From NCBI RefSeq assembly GCF_044704955.1, contig NC_091989.1:104222001-104286000 (forward strand): a stretch of 64,000 bases of DNA. Reading direction: 5' to 3'. Position 1 is the stretch's first letter. Every line of letters starts with the position of its first letter. The stretch is from Pristiophorus japonicus (taxonomy: Eukaryota). Both the position numbers and the translations under genes were made by a program. Positions 1 to 12,697 of the stretch are shown piece after piece. The notes below the pieces were generated by a model. That model was not told the DNA's origin, did no database searches, and worked only from the letters and a program-made list of their open reading frames with translations.

Positions 1-1
1 C

Positions 2-781
2 ATAATAGACATGTTCACAAGGTGGGTAGAAGCATACGCCACTGGGAGAGACGATGCCCGAATAGTAGTACAAATTCTATTTAAAGAAATAGTACCAAGA
101 TATGGGATACCTATGGGAATCAACAGTGACAGGGGAACACACTTCACTGGAAAAATAGTGCAAAATCTTGCAGAAACGTCAGGTTTCCAGTGGAAGTTAC
201 ATCTACCATATCAGCCACAGTCCTCGGGAATGGTAGAAAGAGTAAATGGGATAATAAAATCTACCCTTACCAAGGTATGTCAGGAGACTGGACTAAAGTG
301 GCCAGATGCCTTACCATTGGTATTGTATACAATGAGAAACCAGAAAAACCGAAACACTGGTTTGACACCACATGAAGCCTTATTGGGAAGACCAATGCCT
401 ACTGGCGTAAAACCACCACTGGCAGCTGAAAAAATAGCATTAATTTGGAATGATGAAAAATCATTAAATTATGCTCAGGCCATGTGTGAAATAGCAAGGA
501 ATCTGCATGAACAAATAAAGCAGACACAGGTGCCCCCGTCGGAAGGAACTATGCACCCTTTCAGGTCTGGAGACCAAGTGTTGGTAAAAACATTAAACAA
601 AGAATCCTTTTCTCCTAGGTGGAAAGGAGCATATCAGATAATTCTCACAACACGAACCGTGCTGAAGTTGGAAAAGCATCCAAATTGGGTGCATGCAACC
701 CGTTGTAAATATTATTTTCCCGACGAAATACAGCCAAAAGAAAAGGCATCGAACCAGGACATACTACGATTGCCTGACTAA
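2..781 (+). CDS. pol: Endogenous retrovirus pol, C-terminal integrase region (continues from upstream of the window)
   Basis: Open frame with the DDE triad (IIDMFTRWVEA, INSDRGTHF, QSSGMVER) and a GPY/F-like motif (SPRWKGAYQI); stop at 779-781; followed by env and an LTR. Confidence 0.95.
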   Translation: MIDMFTRWVEAYATGRDDARIVVQILFKEIVPRYGIPMGINSDRGTHFTGKIVQNLAETSGFQWKLHLPYQPQSSGMVERVNGIIKSTLTKVCQETGLKWPDALPLVLYTMRNQKNRNTGLTPHEALLGRPMPTGVKPPLAAEKIALIWNDEKSLNYAQAMCEIARNLHEQIKQTQVPPSEGTMHPFRSGDQVLVKTLNKESFSPRWKGAYQIILTTRTVLKLEKHPNWVHATRCKYYFPDEIQPKEKASNQDILRLPD

Positions 782-875
782 GAAAAAGGCCATCTTCTCG
801 CTGAAGAACTGTACCTGCTCTTGTATTAAATTAAATATTTGGACTTGAAAGTACTGCCCAAAAGTTCAGCAACGG

Positions 876-1031
876 ATGTCAGAGCTCATTTGTGTGCCAG
901 TTTGGGCCTTTATTATTTGGGTCACTGTTACTATCGTGTGGACGTGTTGTTATTGTAACGACTTAATTCAAGAGTGGTATAGAAACAAACAAGAAAGGGA
1001 AGATGGGACGGGACTCTTGGAAAAATTATAA
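876..1031 (+). CDS. Putative 51-aa retroviral accessory membrane protein between pol and env
   Basis: ATG 876 to TAA 1031: MSELICVPVWAFIIWVTVTIVWTCCYCNDLIQEWYRNKQEREDGTGLLEKL. Hydrophobic N-terminal helix, charged tail, overlaps the env start by 29 nt. Below the ORF-track size cut-off. Confidence 0.6.
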   Translation: MSELICVPVWAFIIWVTVTIVWTCCYCNDLIQEWYRNKQEREDGTGLLEKL

Positions 1032-3152
1032 ATGGACATTAGGTATACTGATCATTTTAGTGACAGGGAACTCTCGGCAGGAGGAAGAAGTTCTAAAAGA
1101 AGGAAGAGTATGGAAGGGAAATATGGTATGGGAAAGAAGTAATAGTGCAAGGCAACAAGGCAATTTTATATGCCCAGTAGGCCAAAGTTGTAAAGTAGGG
1201 AACTTTACGGCACGATGTGAGGCATGTGGAATGAAAGAAGAAAGAGGGGAATTCCAGTTTATATTGGGGAAAGGGTATCAGTTGTTCATAGAATACCAGG
1301 CCGATGTGTGGATGAAGTGTACCCACAGCACGGGGAAAAACAAGAGATGGGGGTACATAGGAGGGCCGGACGAGAGAAAAGACTTCCTCCGTTGTTCATT
1401 TACAAGTATGGTAGAAGGGCAGCAGATGTTGTGCATGAATAACACCCCGGTGAATGGAGGAGACCCATTCGTGGTAAAATGGTCAGTAAAAGAATCCGGC
1501 CACCCAGAAAACTGGGACCCGGGACATCTAAAAAGGATATTGATCACTTGCATCCCAGTGGTAAGATCCCCAGGTGTATTAAATCTAACAATACGAATTA
1601 AATATCCCCCAAAGAAAGAAGATGGTTGCCACACAAGGTATCTTTTGAAAAAGAAAGACCCCAAAGAAAGAAACGGGATGTATTAGAGACAGTGTTAGGT
1701 GGAGTGGGAGCAGGAATAGGAGCATTGAACTCCATGGATATCGAGACCCTACAAAATAAAATCCAGGCTGTCGGAGGACTGGTAGGGGAAGATATAAAAA
1801 TCAGAAATGCCTGGGATGAAGGATTAGAGCAATTACAAATTGCATAAACGAAATGACCTGGAAACAGAATGAAAGGATAGAGAAGGAAATAGAGAACCTA
1901 ATGAAAGAACAACAGGGAGTAAACAATACACCCATTGCCTGTTTAAAGAAATGATCAGACAGCTATTAAGAACCGAGTTAGAAAGGAAAATATTATCCTT
2001 CCATGCTAACACATGGGAAAGGTTGCTGGAAATTAACAAAAGGGATAAGCTTCTTAATTTAACCATTAACCCTCAAAAAAGATATACCAGTTGTAATTCA
2101 AAAGGATGTAACATTACTGTGGAGATAGTAAGTAAGACACGAAAAGAAATTTGGTGTCAGTTCCAAGTAATGCCCCAGCTGTTTGGACAGAACTTCTGGT
2201 ACCCAGAATTTAAAGGAGATTGGGTCGATGAGAAGAATATGACACATCACCAGAGGGGATGTGCTAGGTGGCCATTCGGAATGGTATGTCCCTATCAGAC
2301 CGCCATATACGAACCATGCTCACTGCAGCACTCCATTGGAGTATGTAAATGGGAATTAAAGCCAACAAATGACATTGATATTACGGAAATAGGACAGAAT
2401 GAGGTCTGTGTGACAGGAAATAAACCTGTCTATCTAGATGGAATTTTGTATAAACCCCCCATTAATAAATGCGTGAGAAGAGTCTACACCCTGTATGACC
2501 CCGAAGTAAAAAGAACTTATACCTTTGGGCAATGGCAAAATGTAGAAAAATATCTGTCTATGCACAAGATTGAACCCTTACCCCCGTAATTAATCTGACC
2601 AGACTGCACATTTTGATACGGAATGACAAGAAAATTGAGGAAGCTCTGTCAAAGCAAGGCAGAGACATCCACCAATTTAGAGTCGAAATGAGTTACAAAA
2701 AGGGGCAACTAGTGAGAATCGCAGACGAAGTCACCTCTTTGACAGTACACCACTGGTGGGATATGTTTACCGGATGGTCCCCAAAAGCTACAGCAGTACT
2801 GAAGCTTGCTATACACCCCATAGTAATCATAGGTGTGGTTATGCTTGTATTATTAATAATCCTTTGCGGAATGTGGATAAAATTAAAAAATGTAATTGGT
2901 CAAGTAATAGGCCTGATCTCCGAAATAGAAAGGAAAAGTGTGTGCATGAAAGGAAGGTTAAGTCGCTTAGAGGAAAAGGTTGATGAAGACGAATATCTCA
3001 AAATGCGACCCTATCCTGAAGGGTATGAACCCCCTTTTGCGCAAGAAGAGAATATAGGAAATTGTGTTGATCTGAAAAAAAAGATCAACAAGGAGGGAAT
3101 TGTGGAAGAAAGAATCTATGAATCTATGGCTTATGGTAAAGGGAAGGGTTAA
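1003..3152 (+). pseudogene. env: Retroviral env (about 717 aa if repaired), broken by four -1 frameshifts in this sequence
   Basis: Signal peptide (KWTLGILIILVTG), furin site RKKR at 1665-1676, fusion peptide DVLETVLGGVGAGIGALNS, Cys-rich ectodomain, WWDMFTGWSP membrane-proximal motif, TM (IVIIGVVMLVLLIILCGMWI), about 90-aa tail. Reading frame runs 1>3>2>1>3. Confidence 0.9.
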
Positions 3153-3562
3153 ATTCTGTTTTTGCTATATTCGAAGAAATAATAGGACTAGAACAACACG
3201 CACACTTTTTAGTCTTGAAACTTAGAAATGTAATTAAATGACTATCCGGTATTAAAAGGGAGTCTCCTGATATTCTGCTTAACAGACTGTGAACAGGGGG
3301 AAACTATGCAAGGACAGATAGAGTGTGTGCCTCCCGAGACGACCTTTGTACTCACGGAACTAATGAATAAGATTCCTTTTCTATTTCTGTATTCTATTTC
3401 TGTATAAAGATAAGGACAATTTGCTTGTACAGGAGAGTTTTCTGCCTTGGTACGGTCCAAGCAGGCTCTCCGAGATATCTCGCTTTTTAAAATAAAATTG
3501 TCTCGAAGCACAACTCTGAAAGCCTCCGCCTGAGTTAATTTAACTTAGAAATTTCCTCGACA
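3101..3562 (+). mobile_element. 3' LTR of the endogenous retrovirus (462 bp)
   Basis: Preceded by a purine tract (aacaaggagggaat). Starts TGTGGAAGAAA and ends TTTCCTCGACA (imperfect inverted termini, TG...CA). TATAAA 3403-3408, AATAAA 3491-3496. CR1 sequence resumes at 3563. Confidence 0.85.
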
Positions 3563-5424
3563 GAGTATGAGAGGAAGCTTGCTGGGAACATTAAAAAACT
3601 GACTGCAAAAGCTTCTATAGATATGTGAAGAGAAAAAGTTTAGTGAAGACAAATGTAGGTCCATTGCAGTCAGAATCAGGTGAATATATAATTGGGAACA
3701 AAGAAATGGGACCAATTGAACAAATACTTTGGTTCTGCCTTCACGAAGGAAGACACAAATAAACTTCCGGAAATACTAGGTGACCAAGGGGCTAGTGAAA
3801 AGGAGGAATTGAAGGAAATCTTTATTAGTCAGGAAATTGTGTTAGGGAAATTGATGGGATTGAAGGCCGATAAATCCCCAGAGCCTTATAGTCTGCATCC
3901 CAGAGTACTTAAGGAGTGGCGCTAGAAATAGTGGATGCATTGATGATCCAGATCGACTCTGGATCAGTTCCTATAGACTAGAGGGTAGCTAATGTAACAC
4001 CACTTTTTAAGAAAGGAGGGAGAGAGAAAATGGGGAATTAGAGACCAGTTAGCCTGACATCAGTAGTGAGGAAAATGTTGGAGTCAATTATTAAAGATGA
4101 AATAGCAGTGCATTTGGAAAGCAGTGACAGGATTGGTCCAAGTCAGCATGGATGTATGAAAGGGAAATCATGCTTGACAAATCTTCGAGAATTTTTTAAC
4201 AATGTAACTAGTAGAGTGGACAAGGGAGAACCCGTGGGTGTGGTGTATTTGGACTTTCAAAAGGCTTTTGACAAGGTCCCACACAAGAGATTGGTGTGCA
4301 AAATTAAAACACATGGTATTGGGGAAAATGTATTGACGTGGATGTATTGGCAGACAGGAAGCAAAGAGTCGGGATAAATGGGTCCTTTTCAGAATGGCAG
4401 GTCGTGACTAGTGAGGTGCCACAGGGCTCAGTGCTGGGTCCCCAGCTATTTACAATATACATCAATGATTTAGATGAAGGAATTGAGCGTAATATCTCCA
4501 AGTTTGCAGATGACACTTAGCTGGGTGGCGGTGTGAGCTGTGAGGAGGACGCTAAGAGGCTGCAGGGTGACTTGGACAGGTTAGGTGAATGGCCAAATGC
4601 ATCGCAGATGCAGTATAATGTGGATAAATGTGACATTATCCACTTTGGTGGCAAAAACACAAAGGCAGAATATTATCTGAATGACGGCAGATTAGGAAAA
4701 GGGGAGGTGCAGCGAGACCTGGGTTTCATGGTACATCAGTCATTCAAAGTTGGCATGCAGGTACAGCAGGCACTGAAGAAGGCAAATGGCATGTTGACCT
4801 TCACATCTAGGGGATTTGAGTACAGGAGCAGGGAGGTCTTACTGCAGTTGTTCAGGGCCTTGTTGACGCCTCACCTGGAATATTTGGTTCAGTTTTGAGC
4901 TTCTAAACTGAGGAAGGACGTTCTTGCTATTGAGGGAGTGCAGCAAAAGTTCACCAGACTGACTCCCGGGATGGCAGGACTGACATATGAGGAGAGACTG
5001 GGCCTGTGGTCACTGAAGTTTAAAAGGATGAGAGGGGATCTAACAGAAACATATAACATTCTGACGGGACTGGACAGGTTAGATGCAGGAAGAATGTTCC
5101 CGATGTTGGGGAAGTCCAGAACCAGGGGACACAGTCTAAGGATAAGGGCTAAGCCATTTAGATCCGAGATGAGGAGAAACCTCTTCACTCAGAGAGTTGT
5201 TAACCTGTGGAATTCTCTACCGCAGAGAGTTGTTGATGCCAGTTCGTTGGATATATTCAAGAGGGAGTTAGATATGGCTCTTACGGTTAAAGGGATCAAA
5301 TGGTATGGAGAGAAAGCTGGAAAGGGGTATTGAGGTGAATGATCAGCCATGATCTTATTGAATGGTGGTGCAGGCTCGAAGGGCCGAATGGCCTACTCCT
5401 GCCCCTACTTTCTATGTTTTTATG
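3563..5424 (+). mobile_element. CR1 (HER1-like) LINE, 3' part of ORF2 (RT) and 3' tail, interrupted at its 5' side by the ERV
   Basis: RT motifs [26 protein letters not shown] with stops/frameshifts; TTTCTATG-type tail at about 5409-5424. Confidence 0.95.
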
Positions 5425-6188
5425 ATCTCTGATAGCGGAAGTTCAGAATTATTACAAGCATATAACTGAATGTAACCCATTACTATTAATACGCCTCTCC
5501 CAACATATACACGGCTCTGTCTGCCCCATTGCTGTCTTTGGGGATTAACAATCCTCAAATTTATTCTCACATAATGTTCGCGTCAGGGATTAGAAAGCCA
5601 GCCTGCAACTAACTATTGATCAACGGGTTTACTCCAAAAACTGGAGTTTGGAACAGCAAGTTTTCACTTCACTAATCTCCAATAAATAAAACAACACAGA
5701 GGAGCCGTGAGACAAAACCTCCTGAGGTTCAAGCGAACACAATTTATTTCAGAAAATGTCCTGCTTCGGCTGTGAGATCTGTCCAATACTAACCAAGCGT
5801 TCGTTTTATCATCCACAAAATGCAGATTACTCGTCACTGTCACTCTATGAGTAACAAACACAGAGCGACTCGGCGCACCACATCTCCCATGGTTTCATTA
5901 TTTACTACTTCGGACTATGAAGCGCAAACAACGATTAGCAATCGTTGCGATGTCTGAGTAACTCAAAGTCTTAGACTTAATGGCGCAGGTAAATTTGAAC
6001 AGATACCGGAGTCCATTAGAGATATTAATGGGGCGTGTGTAGGTGTTGCGCGTGGAATTAACATGACAAGAGGTTGTGCTTTGAAATGGTGCTATGAAAC
6101 TAAAATGGACCGAAGGCAAATCAGGATAATGTTTAATTTCTCCCAATGCTGCCCAGTAAATAGACTTTGTTCGTTCTATGTTCCGCAG

Positions 6189-6500
6189 CTGCCCCAATCC
6201 CACTGAAGATTGTTTCCGGGAGAACTGAAGGAATTTCATCTGCGTCTCTGACTCTTGTGTGTAAAAAGACTGCGTGCTATCCGAAGAATTTCACCCTCGC
6301 TTGGTATAAAAATGGCATCGAAACTGCATTAGCAATAGATACCAATAAAGTGCAGAACACGGAGGGACTGTATGAAGTTTCCTGCTCTTTGGCTGAGATG
6401 CAGCCTATCCCGAGCGACGCCAATTATACCTGTTTAGTATCTCATGTCTCCCTCCAGACTCCAGCTGTGGTCACATATACTGTTTCTAAATCTAACCAGG
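6189..6500 (+). CDS. Copy A: intact Ig C1-set exon of a VJ-C1 (SIRP-like) receptor
   Basis: Acceptor ttccgcag|, donor G|gtatgt, phase 1-1, 312 nt, open. APIPLKIV...LTLVCKKTACYPKNFTLAWYKNG...GLYEVSCSL...YTCLVSHVSLQTP has both Cys, the Trp and the C1 YxCxVxH motif. Paralogous to 17601 and 41415. Confidence 0.9.
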
Positions 6501-6725
6501 GTATGTGCACTACAGTCCAAAAAGGTGAAACAGCTACTGTTATATTCGTAAAGCGATATATCTTACAGTTTGTACATGCTGACAATCATATAGTCCACAG
6601 AAGTCCCATTGGAGATATCAATGAAAGCATTAAATTCACGTTTTAATATATAACTGATTCACACATATATTCACAGTCAAACCTAATTTGCTTTCCAATT
6701 CCTCTACTTGATGTATGACAAATAT

Positions 6726-6860
6726 AAGAACATAAGAACATGAGAACATAAGACATAGGAACAACAGTAGCCCATACGGCCCATCGAACCTGCTCCACCG
6801 TTCAATTTCATCATGGCTGATCTTCTACCGCAACTCCATATTCCCGTCCTAGTCTCATTC
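6726..6860 (-). mobile_element. CR1/SINE 3' tail fragment
   Basis: (aagaacat)n followed by the reverse complement of the CR1 3' UTR. Confidence 0.8.
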
Positions 6861-6937
6861 TGTTCAATGTATCAGTTGTGTGTAAACTGGTGAAGGCAAT
6901 GTAACAGGCACATAACAAAGTATTTTAGCCCATGTAG

Positions 6938-7285
6938 GAAGCAAAGGCTGAAAGCGCTAATATGCAGCAGTAGATCTGAGCAGAACTATATAAACTCCAA
7001 GACTTAAACTTAAACTGGAGAGGGCCGAGGGCTGAGAAGCGGATCAGACAGACGCAGTAGCACCAACATTCATGCGACAACGGAGAATACAACGTTGGCT
7101 GACTCTAGTCGTGTATTGTAGCTCAGGCAGTTTGTATGTTGTTCTGATGGCTACTTTGAGCAGCTGCCAGGAAACTGGTAAAACGACCAATTAACAATCT
7201 TTCTAAACACAGCTTTAGTGAGCAAACAAGGGACCATCGCGACTCTAGAAATGTCAGGGTCCAAAATTCAAATGAAAACAGCGTC
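6938..7285 (+). pseudogene. Copy A: decayed remnants of the two ITIM-bearing cytoplasmic exons
   Basis: Aligns by eye to 19302-19700. Acceptor cccatgtag is kept; YAAVDLSR motif has a frameshift and stop; the donor is lost; the VTY segment of the last exon is deleted. AATAAA at 7371-7376. Confidence 0.75.
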
Positions 7286-9937
7286 ATTATTCCTGTATTA
7301 TATCATATAATGTAGCTGTAATTTTATGTTATCACTTCAATATTTGAGGAATTTTCATTTCATTACTTGTAATAAAATGATCATTGCTTCTACATTTTTG
7401 ATCAATCTGTAGTACTTAATAGATGACAAATATCTGCAATAATACGCTATTTCCTTTTCTGCATCGAGCTACGATCATGCATAAATTCAATAAAAATAAT
7501 ACTAATAGATTTCTCTCCCTCAGCAATCAACCATTCGTGATTTTCTTTGCGCGTAAAACTACAAAACCCGCGATTTGATGTATCCTGACTTCCAGTGCAG
7601 GCGATTCTCCTGATTTCGACGATCCAGTCTATGAAGTATTCCATAAACTCTCTGAACACAGCTTGCAGATGATGGTGCATGAAAGGCCTTTCTCTAAATT
7701 CTGTATGACTACCCATTCCTATTTGAAACGATGCATCCTGACAACTTCAAGTTGCTATCAAAGGAATGGCCTCGATTATTCTCATTAGATTTTGTCTTCG
7801 AAAGGATTTCTAGAGTATTTCTAGTGAGACGAGCAACAATAATGAATCCGAGATATAGTACTGAAGTTGTGAGAGGTTCCCTACAGAACTGAATGCATTT
7901 TTATTGGAGAAATGTCAGAATTAACGGAGAAGCGGTATTGAAACAGTTCAAAGACGTGGATAATATAAATATTAGCAGCGTGTAAAGTTTGACATGCAAT
8001 CAGAATTAACAAGCCCCAATAAGAGAGTGTAACTACAACAATTTACGTATTTTAGCGGGGCTGCCTCGTCAGCTGAAATTTAACTAGCCGTTTCCACGAT
8101 TACACTGTGAGTTTTGAGGAAGATCATCACTTGACTTACGGTGTTCAAGTTACTGAAAGAAAGGCAGCCCAACAATTCCAGTGACAAGCTTTAGCTCCGA
8201 ATTTAAGGATAATACAAGACGAAGTGAATCCGTTATATCTTCGGCCGAATTGTTCTGGTTTGATGACTGTGTGCATTAACACGCATTTTATAATCCTGAA
8301 ATGTTAGAGCACAGAATCAGGTCAGGAGGCTCTAAAAGTCGGTACTTTTGTTTCTCCCCATATGCAAAACGTCGTTAGTTCCAATTTACTTTTATATTTC
8401 TATTATCTTCAATATACCTCTTTTTCAAGCAGCTAATTCACTTCTAAAATAATTGCTGGGCAGTGATTCAACAACATTCTGTGGCAGAGAACGTCCATAG
8501 TTCATATTCCAACCAGCCTCTGTGCAAAGAGTATTTTACCTCTTTATGTTTTGCGATTATGTTAAAGTTATGCTCACGCGTCACCGTCTACTTGTTGTTG
8601 GAAAAGTTTATCACCATTTGCTTATCATAAAGCCTCATAGTCTTGAAAACCTATATCAGGTCACTCCTCAATCTTTTCACCTTCAGTGAAAAATGCCCAC
8701 GCTTCTCAAAATAATAACCCTCCATACATGATCATTTAGACGCCAACTTTTAATTTGATTTTGTATTCTTCCATAGTTCTACACAAGCTATTACCTCATG
8801 TGAGCATTACCTTCTTGCTTGTGCATGCTATGTCACCAAATTCTAAAGCAAGAACTCCCTTTACACATTTACTGCATAATACATTTATGTTGTCTTCATG
8901 CATTGAGGTCCCTCTATTCCTGTGCACAATTTAAAAGCACAATCAAGATACATTCCTTGTTCCGACTTTTACCTCCACAACTTTGTCATTTCTCATTTAT
9001 CTGCATTCGTCATCAAACATGTATTTGCCCTTCGAGCGAACTATCAATGTCGCCTGCAGCAATTCAGGATCTGCTTCATAATTGTCTTCCCGACTCCCCT
9101 TTAGTTTTCATCTCCAAATTTTTATGTTGTTCCCTCAATTTCTCAACGAGATCATTGATGTATAAAGTAAAAATGTCAGTCTAACTCGGGGTGTCGTGCC
9201 AATCCTAGAAACGTCGTTTTATTCTTAAACTTTTTTGATATTGCCCAACCATCTCCCTGCCCTTTTGCCACGGAGCCCTCACTTCTGTGTGCCTTCTTCA
9301 CATGTGGTACTGCATCAAATGTTGTTTTTAAATCCACATGAACTGCATTTGCTGAATTTCATTTAACTATTTATTTCTTCAGTGAATTCTGTAATTGAAG
9401 CACGATCTGCCTTTTACAAAATTCGTGCTGACTCGGCTTCATTAGCTCAGCATTCTGCAAGAGATTAGCAGATTTATCCCGATTAATACAGGGTCTGCGA
9501 GCTGTAAGTAAATGTATAACTGTTTACCTATGATTATGCTACATTCTATATCACATGATATTTTCTCATCTAATAATAACTCATTGGCTAGGAGATGGAG
9601 ATTAAATCAGCGTGGAGTAGATTACTTAAATGAAAGTAACGTACAGCACACAAAAAAGATGACCATTTGAACGTTCTATCAGTCCTCTGTTCTAGTTGAA
9701 TGAAATATATCAACGGAGATGTTCACCAATCTTCTTTTTTTTAGCTGCACGAGATGTGTTGCTAAATATTGACACGAGCGTATCGTTTTCTCGAGCTAAG
9801 TAAACACCGTGGCTCAGTAGCTCGAAGCACCGACTGTTCAAAGTTTAAATTTAGCTCTGTTAATTGCAACATCATGAACACGCGTTGAGTGTTGAATAAT
9901 AATAAATAGAATTGCAACAACATATGATACTCAGATA

Positions 9938-11612
9938 CTCTAGTAAAGAGGAGGAACTGAGGGAAATCCTTATTAGCCGGGAAATTGTGTTGGGGAAATT
10001 GATGGGATTGAAGGCCGATAAATCCCCAGGGCCTGATGGACTGCATCCCAGAGTACTTAAGGAGGTGGCCTTGGAAATAGCGGATGCATTGACAGTCATT
10101 TTCCAACATTCCATTGACTCTGGATCAGTTCCTATGGAGTGGAGGGTAGCCAATGTAACCCCACTTTTTAAAAAAGGAGGGAGAGAGAAAACAGGGAATT
10201 ATAGACCGGTCAGCCTGACATCGGTAGTGGGTAAAATGATGGAATCAATTATTAAGGATGTCATAGCAGTGCATTTGGAAAGAGGTGACATGATAGGTCC
10301 AAGTCAGCATGGATTTGTGAAAGGGAAATCATGCTTGACAAATCTTCTGGAATTTTTTGAGGATGTTTCCAGTAGAGTGGATAAGGGAGAACCAGTTGAT
10401 GTGGTATATTTGGACTTTCAGAAGGCGTTCGACAAGGTCCCACACAAGAGATTGATGTGCAAAGTTAGAGCACATGGGATTGGGGGTAGTGTGCTGACAT
10501 GGATTGAGAACTGGTTGTCAGACAGGAAGCAAAGAGTAGGAGTAAATGGGTACTTTTCAGAATGGCAGGCAGTGACTAGTGGGGTACCGCAAGGTACTGT
10601 GCTGGGGCCCCAGCTGTTTACACTGTACATTAATGATTTAGATGAGGGGGTTAAATGTAGTATCTCCAAATTTGCGGATGACCACTAAGTTGGGTGGCAG
10701 TGTGAGCTGCGAGGAGGATGCTGTGAGGCTGCAGAGCGACTTGGATAGGTTAGGTGAGTGGGCAAATGCATGGCAGATGAAGTATAATGTGGATAAATGT
10801 GAGGTTATCCACTTTGGTGGTAAAAACAGAGAGACAGACTATTATCTGAATGGTGACAGATTAGGAAAAGGGGAGGTGCAAAGAGACCTGGGTGTCATGG
10901 TACATCAGTCATTGAAGGTTGGCATGCAGGTGCAGCAGGCGGTTAAGAAAGCAAATGGCATGTTGGCCTTCATAGCAAGGGGATTTGAGTACAGGGGCAG
11001 GGAGGTGTTACTACAGTTGTACAGGGCATTGGTGAGGCCACACCTGGAGTATTGTGAACAGTTTTGGTCTCCTAACCTGAGGAAGGACATTCTTGCTATT
11101 GAGGGAGTGCAGTGAAGGTTCACCAGACTGATTCCCGGGATGGCGGGACTGACCTATCAAGAAAGACTGGATCAACTGGGCTTGTATTCACTGGAGTTCA
11201 GAAGAATGAGAGGGGACCTCATAGAAACATTTAAAATTCTGACGGGGTTAGACAGGTTAGATGCAGGAAGAATGTTCCCAATGTTGGGGAAGTCCAGAAC
11301 CAGAGGTCACAGTCTAAGGATAAGGGGTAAGCCATTTAGGACCGAGATGCGGAGGAACTTCTTCACCCAGAGAGTGGTGAACCTGTGGAATTCTCTACCA
11401 CAGAAAGTTGTTGAGGCCAATTCACTAAATATATTCAAAAAGGAGTTAGATGAGGTCCTTACTACTAGGGGGATCAAGGGGTATGGCGAGAAAGCAGGAA
11501 TGGGGTACTGAAGTTGAATGTTCAGCCATGAACTCATTGAATGGCGGTGCAGGCTAGAAGGACCGAATGGACTACTCCTGCACCTATTTTCTATGTTTCT
11601 ATGTTTCTATGT
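9938..11612 (+). mobile_element. Young 5'-truncated CR1 LINE (RT and 3' UTR)
   Basis: Near-continuous ORF2 with one frameshift (about 10682) and one TGA (11113); tail (TTTCTATG)x3. Confidence 0.97.
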
Positions 11613-12697
11613 TAACAGCGATTCAATTTCAGATTTGTCTTTGTAAGATATCAACCTCACCAATGATGCAGTCTGCAATATTTATTCGATCCGCTTTAAG
11701 GCGTTAAGGTGTTAGTGCAAGGCAAGCCGCTGAAATGTTTCGAATACATTTTTGACGTTTTATTCATTGGTCCACACAGAAGTTCATTTCACGCAAATTG
11801 CTAAAATCGCTGCCATTTGATGCAATTTCTTTATGCATTGCAATACTGTAATATTGATCACATTGGCTCCCAAAATGCAGCTCTGTATATTGTCCAAAAT
11901 TTCACTCGAGTAATATAAAATGATGCGCATGTTATTAAATCGCCCCATAAATGTAAATATTTTTTTAGAGGAATGTTACTAATTCCGTTGCAAACAATTT
12001 TTAATGCGGCATCTGTGAGAATAACTCCTCCAGGTCCTGACATGGAGTCATGCTGCATGCTTCATTTATTCGCCAACCCACAGTTTGAATACTGTAACAT
12101 TAGTTAAATCCCTGACACACAGTGTAATTTCTTCATGTACTACAATATTGCAACATTGATTACATCGGCTCAGAAATTGTAGGTTCTGGACAAATGTCTA
12201 AAATCCAACAGATTTCGGCCAGTAAAGAAGCACTCCCCAATAATTGTAACTATTTGAGCTTTACTGACCTAACTGTTGGATTTTAGACATTTGTCCATAA
12301 CTTACAATTTTCTGAGTAATGTTACGAATTCAAGTTGTTCCTGTCACAGTGTTTTACACCTTAGAACTAAAAGTTGGAGGCGATCAAAGATTTACAAAAA
12401 AATTCTAAAGTGGTATCATACCGTCCGGCTTCAACCACGTCAGGACAGTGGGCAGATGCAAGACAACGTCATTCGGGATGTCACAGGTGAGGTACCTCCA
12501 GACAGAAATTCTGCTCCCAGGTTGCGTGCAACCAGCAGATCAACATCATAACAAGAGTGACTGTCAGACAGTAGTAAGTGCACAGGTATTTCCCGTTGTA
12601 ACATTGAAAGAATGAAAATAGCGAAAGTGCTGGAAAACAACCAGCAGGTCAGGCAGCTTTTGTGGAGAGAAAAACAGGGTTCGCGTTTCACGTCGAT

